A stretch of 64,000 nt of DNA, from NCBI RefSeq assembly GCF_001194135.2, contig NC_068995.1, forward strand, positions 40,306,630 to 40,370,629, given 5' to 3'. The notes beneath the pieces are model-generated. The model did not search any database. It had not been told where the DNA came from and saw nothing but the letters and a program-made list of their open reading frames with translations. The stretch's first letter is position 1, and every line of letters begins with the position of its first letter. This document shows, one piece after another, positions 40,264 through 50,197 of this stretch. A program made the translations under genes and the position numbers. Source of the DNA: Octopus bimaculoides. Its lineage: Eukaryota.

Positions 40264-41250
40264 ATAAGAAAGGATGACCACTAGGTGATACATACATGTA
40301 TGTGTGTATGTATATATATCATCATCGTTTAACATCACTTTTCATGCTAGCATGCGTCTGATGGAATTTGTTGAAGCAGATTTTCAATAACTACCCATAT
40401 GTGTAGATTTGTATTTATACATAATAAAAGAAAAACTTACACTGTTAACAACAGTTTGGGGGAATATAATTCCTTTTATCTCCGGCGTTTCCCATATTTC
40501 CAAATAGTCCCTGCATATCTGGCTGTCCAGTACAACATAATGTGAAACATCCAATGATAGAAATACATCATTTTCTGTGGAAACAAGAACAAAATAGGAA
40601 AAATAAGTCATATTTTCAGACAACAACAATCAAAGAACTATAATATTCAGGATTATAAACTTCCTCCATAGAGACGGAATATTTTTAAATATTAACATCT
40701 TCAAGCAGCCTCTCTGTTGCTGGTGTCATAAATCTGCAATGCACCAGTACATACTCTGTAAAGTTGGTGGTTAGAATGATGGAAAATATCACAAAGCCTA
40801 ATGTGTGCATGCATGTATATGTGTGTGTATGCGTGTATGTGTGCATGTGCAAAAGTGCAGACGACTTTGTGTTTGTGGGTGCACCAGTGGGTTGAAATGC
40901 AAGGTAACTTAGCCATTTGTCAAGTAGAGATTGACAAAGTAAGTACTAAGTTTGAGATGATTAAGACATGCAGGTGGTGCCCCAGCTTGGCCACACATTG
41001 ACTGAAGCAATTAAAAAGAACAAAAGATTAAACCAACTCATCCACACTTACCTTTATTCGATGTGCAATTGTTCTGGCATAAAAGACTTTTGCAAGGAAC
41101 ATCTTTTCGAAGATAGAGTTCTTGTACCATACTAATAACATTGCTTTTCCTGTTCGACTTTAGCCGGAACTGTCTGTTTATTCTGGAAATCTGGGATATA
41201 GAGGTGGCAGACGGAGCTTTCTCAAAGTCATCACTTTCTTCGGCAGTCAT
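8575..41250 (-). CDS. DIS3L: DIS3-like exonuclease 1 (exosome-associated RNase II/RNB family 3'-5' exoribonuclease), 23 coding exons, 3183 nt = 1060 aa
   Basis: Exons (minus strand, all GT-AG, phases consistent): 41250-41052, 40574-40441, 38787-38636, 38332-38251, 36680-36539, 34235-34106, 33327-33176, 31445-31336, 30591-30467, 29894-29741, 29218-29070, 28023-27832, 26133-26031, 24950-24859, 24054-23898, 21916-21821, 19819-19667, 17095-16946, 15504-15397, 14543-14395, 11676-11499, 9177-9052, 8724-8575 (TAA). Motifs: [16 protein letters not shown]-like [46 protein letters not shown] motifs [51 protein letters not shown] and SHLVFSIDP match DIS3L rather than DIS3 or DIS3L2. Confidence 0.95.
10190..10560 (-). 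mobile_element. tRNA-Arg-like SINE, family B
   Basis: Minus-strand head ggaggcgcgatggcccagtggttagggcagc...ggactcgcggtc...ttcgattccc. Second copy at ~20196-20562; diverged copies at ~33740-34020, 39330-39470, 60600-60765. Confidence 0.85.
10889..10934 (-). ncRNA. Minimal type I hammerhead ribozyme motif (inverted arm; sense to the DIS3L pre-mRNA)
   Basis: Minus strand reads ggcac-CUGACGA-a-ggcugg(aggguaua)ucagcc-GAAA-cg-UU-guguu. Confidence 0.65.
11372..11417 (+). ncRNA. Minimal type I hammerhead ribozyme motif
   Basis: gacac-CUGAUGA-a-ggcugg(agggugua)ucagcc-GAAA-cg-UU-guguu. Helix I GACAC/GUGUU, helix II GGCUGG/UCAGCC, complete core, palindromic AACGUU in place of helix III. Confidence 0.7.
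12118..12720 (-). mobile_element. Tc1/mariner superfamily DD37D (maT-like) transposase remnant
   Basis: MVFGVIT...[11 protein letters not shown]...[18 protein letters not shown] count 37 codons between the last two Asp; there is an in-frame TAG. Confidence 0.85.
13465..13848 (-). mobile_element. tRNA-derived SINE, family A (full length)
   Basis: Reverse complement of the family A sequence. Other partial copies at ~711-870, 21141-21514, 26580-26740, 34505-34751, 37800-38020. Confidence 0.9.
15080..15370. repeat. Imperfect (GAT/GGT)n trinucleotide low-complexity tract
   Basis: Intronic, just downstream of the donor at 15396; explains the poly-H/T/S ORFs. Confidence 0.85.
15508..15553. repeat. 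A46 homopolymer (U46 polypyrimidine tract of a DIS3L exon)
   Basis: Directly precedes the GAG acceptor of exon 15504-15397 on the minus strand. Confidence 0.9.
17255..17655 (+). mobile_element. tRNA-derived SINE, family A (full length)
   Basis: Near-identical to the 51456 copy. Confidence 0.9.
25060..25400 (-). mobile_element. Decayed copy of the hammerhead/tRNA-headed element
   Basis: Same modules in reverse orientation. The hammerhead region (~25108-25157) has helix II and U16.1 substitutions. Confidence 0.75.
25412..25709. mobile_element. hAT (Charlie-like) MITE
   Basis: TIRs caggggttttcaaact / agtttgaaaacccgtg; perfect 8-bp TSD atttagat (25404-25411, 25710-25717). Confidence 0.9.
35084..35803 (+). 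mobile_element. Tc1-like transposase remnant
   Basis: [15 protein letters not shown]...PRSGRPRVT...VFSDKS...SIMVWGGI, with stops and frameshifts. Confidence 0.85.
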
Positions 41251-44164
41251 ATTTCAGTATTGGTTTGTACAACTGTTAAATACAAAAAAGATGAAATGAT
41301 GTCTCCACTAAAGAAATAAGTGTGTATGTGTGTGTGTGTGTGTGTGTATGTGTGTGTACACACACATGCATGTGTATCGTCATCATCATTGTCATCAACA
41401 ACACCACCATTATCAGTTAATGTTCATGTTCTAGGCTGACACATGCATTAGACTATATATATGTCACTCATGTCAGCATGGAAGGCAGATGTTAAACGAT
41501 GATGATATATATATATATATATANNNNNNNNNNNNNNNNNNNNNNNNNNNNNNNNNNNNNNNNNNNNNNNNNNNNNNNNNNNNNNNNNNNNNNNNNNNNN
41601 NNNNNNNNNNNNNNNNNNNNNNNNNNNNNNNNNNNNNNNNNNNNNNNNNNNNNNNNNNNNNNNNNNNNNNNNNNNNNNNNNNNNNNNNNNNNNNNNNNNN
41701 NNNNNNNNNNNNNNNNNNNNNNNNNNNNNNNNNNNNNNNNNNNNNNNNNNNNNNNNNNNNNNNNNNNNNNNNNNNNNNNNNNNATCTTATATCTACTTTT
41801 CCAGTGAAATTCTTCACTGATATCGAAAAGGTGAAAACAAGCAATGTTAATTCTCTAAATGAAGTATTAACAGTAACTGCACGATAAAGTGTAGTATATT
41901 GCCACTTAAGTGTGGCTGACCCCTAGGGGTGGATGTTACTGTTGCTTTTAGCCCCAGGAGGACATCTCCTCCAGCTGGCTTATCGACACACGACTGTGTC
42001 CTGTTTGCCAAGGGAAGTTATCCCTCTCACCATGATCTGTAGCACGAACGGATCCGGATTTCAGGGTTATTTCCCTTCGTCGGCGTTCGATAGCCACTGA
42101 TCTTGGTGAGAGAGACAAAATCCTGGCAATCTTATATCTACTTACATCCCCTGCATTGTGCCTCCACTCTGTTGGAATACACTGCTTATATTCCAGTTAA
42201 TTTTGGAAATAATGAAGAACTTAGTACAATAAATTTGTTGTTATTTAACTGGTTTTGGAATTTGAATTAAAATGAAAATTTGATGGAAGGTTTAAAGGTA
42301 ATCCTCAGGTAGGTTGCTATCAAAACAGTTAAGCGTGTTACATTATGAAAGTTTCTATCATAAGCAAAATACACAAAATCTTGATAGAGTTAAAGGAAGT
42401 TAATAAAATATTCATTGTGTTGTGCAACTAATACTTACACTTAATTAAAAGTAAATGATAGCAACCCTTAGGTTTCTTGTCTACAAACACATCCAGATTA
42501 GTGGTACATCAGTCACGCAATGGTCCACTCATAATGACTTCATCAGTCACAATGCTTGATTATGAATAATCTAGAACTTTTAGAAAATAGGATTGAAAAA
42601 AAGGATGCATCCGTGGTTTAATGTCATCATTAAATTGTAACATATGTGTGAGTGTGTATATGTACATGCATGTGTGTGTATATACATGCATATATATACA
42701 TTTATACACATACATATTTGTGATACATAAAGCAATGTACATACAATAGGAAAAGAAAGAGAAAGAGAGAGGTAAACATAACAACAATAATAAGGCTAAA
42801 ATGCTGAACTTTGTTCCAGCAAGGTTAAAAGTTCAGCGAATAAGCCATCCATTATGTTGTACTTCAAGTGGTTAAAATACATCAATCTGTTCTCACATCC
42901 CAACTCCTCTGATTTCTTGATCTCTAACATTGACACAAACCCACTAATTTGGGGGTTAAACTCCAGTTTCCAAGGGAAACAGTGATGATCTGAATGACCG
43001 TCGATGCTGTCATTGTTTAACATCCATTTTCCATGATGGCATGGGTTGGACAGTTTAACAATCAGCCGGCCAGACTCCAAATGTCAGTTGTGGCATGGTT
43101 TCTATGGCTGGATGCCCTTCCTAACACCAACCACTTAACAGAGTGTGTTGCGTGCTTTTTATGTGCCACCGCCATGGGTGTGTTTATGCAGCTCTGACAT
43201 GGGTGCATTTATGCAGCACCAGCACAAGTGCATTTTATGTGGCACCAGCACCAGAAAAGACAAGCCTGTATGTGTGGAAGACAGCGATTTTACTTAGTTT
43301 GACGCATCTTATCAAGTACAGCAAATTGCTTCATCTCCCAGTCCCTTGTCATTTCTTCAGTGAGGCCCAATGTCCAAAGATTCTTTATCACCACTTCATC
43401 CCATGTCTTCTTTAGTCTACTCCCTTCCACAGCTACCCTCCACAATTACAGCTCAGCACTTTTTACACAGCAGTCCGCATCCATATGCATCACATGACCA
43501 AATATGCACATCATCATCACCACAACCACAACCACCATGATGATGATGATAATGATGACAATGACGTTCCTCCTCCTCATCATCATCATCATTATCATCA
43601 ACATCATATCGTGTTGTAACTGATATAGTGTTCAAAGTCACAGCCATCTTCACATGACGTAAAGTGGCTGGAAATGAAACGTAAGAATATGTAGGGTAAT
43701 GTGGACATTTTACACTTGCTGAGGTGCATGGTAGGCTCCTCAAATACTGGTGAGATAACATTAACCCAGTACATTCGTAAAACGGTTGATCCCAGAAAGG
43801 GCATCAGGTTATTGAAACTAAACCAAGAGTGAGATGTTTGAGTGAAAAGTGGTTCTCCAACCTGTCTAGGACAGTAGAAGTAATTCTAAATAAGAATTTA
43901 GACCAGGATGAACTATCTAACCCAGAGGTTCTCAACCATTTTTTTTTTTTTTATCTCTGGACCCCTTTGATTACTATTTTATTCTGGTGGCCCCCTTTAG
44001 CTATTCTATGCTTAAAAATTAGTTTTATAGAAACTTCTTTCAAAATTCCTATTTTGTTTCTTACATTTTAACTTTTATAGGGTGAACTATGTAAAATGTT
44101 CTATAAACAAAAGTCTGTAGACTGGCTCGAAAGCGTTTCAGTTTAAAATTGTCAACAATTTCAG

Positions 44165-44345
44165 ATCATGTAAACCACTAGCTAGTCTTGAGTGGTCGAT
44201 CCTAACCCCAACCCTTACCCTGTCCCTAACCCTAACCCGCGTGTGCAAATGAATACGTGTTTAGGGTTAGGGTTAGGATCGACCACTCACGACTAGCTAG
44301 CGCGGACGCGCGACTGCGCGTTCGGGTCCGCGCTGCTTTAGTAGT
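44165..44345 (+). mobile_element. Helitron/Helentron-associated (HINE-like) non-autonomous element
   Basis: ~31-bp subterminal inverted repeat (ctagctagtcttgagtggtcgatcctaaccc and its reverse), (taaccc)-type repeats, 3' GC-rich hairpin agcgcggac/gtccgcgct ending ...tttagtag. Second copy at 2889-2998. Confidence 0.6.
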
Positions 44346-44400
44346 ACCGGGAAAGTATATGTAGATAAACTAGATGGACGGTTTGGGAGTTCGATATTTC

Positions 44401-44552
44401 GGTAAATTTTCAGATTAACACCCGCACGATTTTCACTAGGGTGTTAGGGTCAGGGTTAGGGTTTTAGGGTTAGGAAATTCTGTCCCTAACCCTTAAACCC
44501 TAACCCTAAGACCCTAGTGAAAATCGTGCGGGTGTTAATCTGAAAATTTACC
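44401..44552. repeat. Foldback palindrome with telomere-like core
   Basis: Perfect 42-bp arms at 44401-44442 and 44511-44552, enclosing TTAGGG-like then CCCTAA-like repeats. Confidence 0.9.
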
Positions 44553-45328
44553 TATTTTTTCCCCCAACGCTCTAATGATTCTGCCAACCTACTCCGCACT
44601 TGTCTACACTAGAAAATGTCAACAAACTACGTCCTCGTCGTTAAATACAGTTCCGCTTCAACGTAGCTTTGATTTTTTAGAGAAAAGGTCTGTAAACAGA
44701 TCGAGTAAGGCATTGGATTAACAGAAATAGCAGAAGGCCAAACAAATGAAGATGATGATATGATGTTCATCATCATCATCCTCTTATCCTTTGTTTTAGC
44801 GCAGTCTCGTAGCAAGGTAACCAACCATTTGATGGTTGAGTGAACTGGTAGAAATAACAGTTAAATCTCTTTCATATCACAAACACATCATTTTAGAAAA
44901 AGAAACATTAGGTAACATTGTTCCGGGTTCCCTGCACACACGGAGACGGGATACTCACGGGTGGAAAGCCTTTCATTATGTCTGTTCGAACAAGATTGAT
45001 TAGGCGCTAAACAACAAAGACTTTCACTAAAGATACAAACACCTGAAGTCGATAAAATAATAATACTAATAATAATAATAATATCGCCTGAGGTTTGCTT
45101 GTCGTCATCTCTATCAAATGTTCGATTTTCTATCAATACCAGAGAGAGAGAAAGCAATATCTAAAGTTGTTCGATTTTATGTGAGTAACGTGAAAGAGAT
45201 CAATAACAAACAAACGATATATTATTGTTGTATTATTTGTCATGTGCCAATTAATGTTAAATTAGAAAAAAAACGATATAATCAAAAATGACAGAAGTCA
45301 ATATTTAGGAAGTAAAATAACCAAGTAC

Positions 45329-45440
45329 CTGTATCAAACACCTAAATAATTAAATAATCCAACAGCGGTGGGAGATGAAGCCAAAAATCACAAACTTTCA
45401 AACAATCTTTATGAAAACAAAAATAAAAACCGCCATTTTT
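45329..45440 (-). other. DIS3L: Putative non-coding first exon of DIS3L
   Basis: The first coding exon has an acceptor (ttttttgtatttaacag, AG at 41274-41273) only 22 nt upstream of the ATG, so an upstream exon is implied. A minus-strand donor gatacag|gtactt lies at 45328, next to the promoter. The 5' boundary is approximate. Confidence 0.55.
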
Positions 45441-45665
45441 AGGGATTTCAGGAGAAGTAATTATATTTAGTTTAGTATTAAAATATTACTTTCTAGTCTA
45501 GTGTCATTATTTTTTTAAATATACTATTTATATATGTTATTATATTATAATTAGTACTGAACGTATATATATATATATGTCTAGTTTTTGTTTCGAGATA
45601 CGCAACTTATGATTTGTTTTATAACTGATTCTAATAACAATGGCGGGCTGCATGACTTAAAAAAG
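45430..45665. promoter_or_regulatory. Bidirectional promoter between DIS3L and ANAPC11
   Basis: Divergent genes. An ATGGCGG (YY1-like) motif sits on each strand facing outward (45430-45439 minus, 45637-45646 plus) around an AT-rich spacer. The flanking ~44.6-46.2 kb looks CpG-richer than the gene bodies by eye. Confidence 0.65.
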
Positions 45666-48600
45666 ATGAAGGTGAAAGTAAAAAGTAAGTGTTTTATTTC
45701 GTTTTATTTTATTTTATAGAAATAGATGAATATATTTTGTGGGATTTGTATTGAGAAAATGAATTTACATTTAGAAGCCCAAAGCTGGAAATATTGCGTT
45801 ATGAAGAATCATAAAGTAAAGAATTAGAATTTTCACTTTTTATTGAATTTTTTTTCTCTCTCTGATCCTAAATTCTGATTTTCGTTCACATTTATCATGT
45901 TTTACAAGGATTAGGGTCTCTTTTGTACATCCACTTGTCTCTACTCAGTTCAAGACACTTTTCTGTTTCCGCTGAAGTGGGACGTTAAATTAAAGCGATT
46001 TGCTGTTAACCGTTCTAACTTTCTTCTGTTGACACTTTTTTGAAGTCTTATATTTTCTGCCAGTTTTATCCACAGCTTCTGATTTCGTTGCACACTCAGT
46101 GACCTTAATTAAATATTATCATTCTTCTAAATACCTCTACCATGGTGCGTTTGTTGAAGGGAATTGTCAATATAAAGTTCCTCACCCGTTAACGAAAACA
46201 AAAAAAACGCGGTCGATATAAAGATCTTCACCCGGGNNNNNNNNNNNNNNNNNNNNNNNNNNNNNNNNNNNNNNNNNNNNNNNNNNNNNACGGAATCCCA
46301 TGTTTTTGGTTATGGAGGATCCGATTCTGAAAAAATTTGCAAAAATCGCATTTCCAAAATTTCAATTTTCCCCACCTTTATTTTTCACTTTGACCGGAAA
46401 TGGGGCAAAATTGTGCCAAAACACTGGTGTCTCATGGTGTGCTGATGTCATTCAGAGCAGGCTATGTTGTTAATGCACAAAGTTTCTAAAGAGGAGTTTC
46501 TCTGGGACCAAAATAAAAAAAGACAGTTAATGCCTTTTCATATAAATGGTACATATTGTTATTTTATTCCAATACCACGTCAATGCATACATTGAAATAT
46601 TTTCTCTTGGTCATTCAAATGTGCACTTTCTCTCCTTTACCATTCCTGTATCAGTGTATATTAACCTATCCTATCATTCAAACATTAAGTCATACTTTCC
46701 TTTGATTGTCATCTATGATTATGAAATTTCTTTTCTGTATTACAGGGTGAGTAGCAGTTTGGTAAGAAAAAATGGTTTCCTGATCACAAAATGAGTTTTT
46801 AATTTCTAAAGTTTCTCTATCCTGTGTGCCAAGAGGTAAGATTCAGGTATACCAAATCTAACTACATAACATTTAAATTCTGGCTGGAGTTATTTCGCTT
46901 TATTAATGAAGATTAGAGATGCTGATCTATAATTGTAGAGGGAACATGTAGAAGGGGTAGACCCAGGAAGACGTGGGACAAAGTGGTGAGAAAGGATTTA
47001 CAGACGTTGGAACTCACAGAAGGGATTTCAGGGGACTGAGACTCCTGGCGGTTTGTTGTGCTTGAAAAGACATGCCAAGCTGTATTAGTATTCCGATTAC
47101 TCTGTTAATTGAGATGCTTTTTATTCACTTTGTTTTGAATTCATCATGCATTATGTTGCAGCTTTGTGATTTCGATGATGTGATTGCTTAGATTTAAAAT
47201 GACATTGTAAAGAAGTGTGAGAGGCTGGATGCAGCCAGTTTGAATATAAAACAGGTAGAATGTTTTGGCCAGATATGGTCGGTTTAAATGCTAAAGGGTT
47301 TAAAATGTATAAGTTAAACAAGATTGCCAACCCTGTTGAGGAGGGCAGTAACTCCAGATGAACCCAACATGGAACATGCAAACTATATCTGATTCCTTTT
47401 ATACACAACTTTTCTCTTAGGTCACTCCCCACTGCATCATTTGTGCACACTGACATTACACATTCAGCAAAATATGCTTGTCTCATTTCTTTGTCACTTT
47501 CACAAATCATCTGCATTCAGGGCCTTTGTAGCTTTACACTTCACACACACAAATGTCTTACAAATTGCTCTTCACTATGGGGAAGAGGCCCTTTCTTGCT
47601 AGCATAGGTAGTAGATTACTAGGTGTGACTGTGTGAATTTGAAGTCTGCTTCCCAACCACATGGTTTCAAGTTCAGTCCTACTGAACAACACCTTGGGCA
47701 AGTGTCTTCCACTATAGTCCCAGACTGACCAAACCTTTGCAAGTAAATTTGGTAGATGGAAATGAAAGAAGCCCATTTTGTGTGGTTGTTTACATTTGTC
47801 CTCCTCGTCTGTCACAACAATTAGCGATGTTATTATCACTTGTCAGTGATTTGTCTATTTACATCATACCTTTGCAGATGTGTGGGTTAAGAGATCCCTT
47901 ACTTGAAAAACAGATGAGCAACAGGAAGGGCATCTGGCTAAAAAAAACAGTACCTCAATTATAGATTCAGGTAACCCATGAAAGCATGGAAAGATGGACA
48001 TAATACAAACATTCTTTACCCTAGCTACTATGCTTTCAGAGCACCATCCCTCCCTCACCAATTAGGTCTCCTGGGTTACAAACACATTCTGAGCAAACCT
48101 TAATTCTCTTGTACACCTGACATATTTGAAGGCCACCTTTGCTGTTGTCTGTGATTCCACTACACCTTTTGTGTCCATTGTTAACATTAGGTACACTGTA
48201 TGGAGTTTCTGCATAGTGAGTATGGCCATTTCCCGGACAGTGCCACAATCTTGTCTTCTTTTCTAATTGCCATAACATTTGTCTCGGCTATCTTCACTTT
48301 AACCCTTTAGCATTCAGATTACTCCAACAAATCTAGTAGTTATATATTCACATTGTTTTGAATTAATCATGCATTATACTTGTAGCTTCAAGGTTTCAAT
48401 GTTGTGATTGTTTATTTTTGAAATGGTGTTGTAGAGTAGTTGTGAAAAGTTGGGTCTTGCTTGTTTGAACATAAAACAGGTAGAGTATTTAGGCCAATTA
48501 TAGCTGGTTTAAATGCAAGGGGGTTAAGGCCCCTCGGCTCCAGGTTTTGCTTCTATATGTGGAACATGCTCATCAGCTCATCAGAGTTTAGCCAGTCTTA

Positions 48601-50154
48601 AATTCCTCTAATTAACTATGATTAATAGGTGAGGACTGAACCCTGAGGGATTCCTACCTGTATGCTAAATTTGTCACAGTGCTCATTGTTGACTCTCACC
48701 TTGCTGATTGCCCCTTTACTTAGCTTTTACAATTTTCACAAGCCATTTATTAGCTTTTTTGGGGGCCACTATGACAATACTAGGGCCTCTCTTAAATACT
48801 TCTTCCAAGTCTATGAATGCTAGGTATAGAAGCTAACTTCTAGTTAAGTATTTTTCTTGCAGTTCTCCCACTAGGAAAAGGGTGTCAGTAGTATTTCTTG
48901 CTGGTATAAAGCCAAACTACATCTCATCCAGACTAGCCTTGTTCTGAATTAAATTTGCAATAATTCTTTCTGTAACTATCATATCCTGGTCAGCAATTAA
49001 ATACCTTTATAATTTAATCTTTTTTGTACATCTCCTTTGTTCTTATAACAGTTTTTACAATAATACTGCTAAGCCAATCACCCATTTATACTACCCGATT
49101 GATTATTCAAATTACTAAACCATATGCTACTCTGCCAGATATCTTGAACATTTCAGCAACTGTTTCTAACAGACGACCCATTCTCCACAACAGAAGTGTT
49201 AGGGCCACTCCTCCTGGTTAAGAAGATTGGCCTGCAGGAGTCCTGTGTTGGTGCTATGTTAAAAGCACCCAGCATATACTACAAAGTGGTTGGCATTGGG
49301 AAGGGAATCCAGCCGTAGAAACTAATCTAAATCAAGACTGGAACCTGGTACAGCTCTTCTGCTTATCAGCTTTGGTCAAACTGTCCAACCCATGCCAGCA
49401 GAGAAAACGGACGTTAGAGGAGGATGAAGAAGAAGAACCGGCTTTCTCTGCTTTCATATCCTTAATCGTCTTATCAAACCCTACTTTTGTCAACTTGAAT
49501 GGCCGATCTCTTTGTTGAGCCAACTTTCTCGCTCCCTTGCTTTCTCCCCATTCACTGACCAGACACTAATATTTCCATTCCCCTATTCAGAGTCAGTAAG
49601 ACCAAGATTAGTATTACTCCCCTGTGTACACATCTCCCCAGTGACATTTTGATTCTTTCTTTCCCTCTTTGCCAAATATAACTGATGCCTTCTTCCTTTC
49701 TCTTATAGCTATCTTTCGTCTTTTACTTCTGTCAGTCATTAGACTGTGGGCAAACTGGGGTACCATCTTGAAGAATCTTAGTTGATCAAATTGACCCTGG
49801 TACTCTCTCTTTTTAAAACTGGTACTTATTCTATTAATTTCTTTTGCTGGACTGCTAAGTTGCAGAGACATAAACATCCCAACACAGGTTGTCAAAGAGT
49901 GATGGGGGACAAATATAGAGAGAAAGACACACTCTACTGATTTATGTAAATAGTATTGACATATTTCTGATCTTTCTCATTGTTTCAGCTGGACGGCTGT
50001 AGCCACATGGCGATGGATTGCCAATGATGATAATTGTGGAATTTGTCGTATGGCATTTGATGGTTGCTGTCCTGATTGCAAACTTCCTGGCGATGACTGT
50101 CCCCTTGGTGGGTACCCTTATTTTATTACACCTAGTATTTTTTTTTTTTTAATA

Positions 50155-50197
<43 letters not shown>

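Noticed and set aside
44200-44510. TTAGGG/CCCTAA repeats as a true telomere or chromosome-fusion site
   Set aside because: Few, degenerate units embedded in repeat elements with a second copy at 2889
45685-45694. Alternative ANAPC11 donor AA|GTGTTT at 45689 that restores frame without a microexon
   Set aside because: Very weak donor 4 nt from a perfect GTAAGT, and it would insert an extra residue in a length-conserved N-terminus
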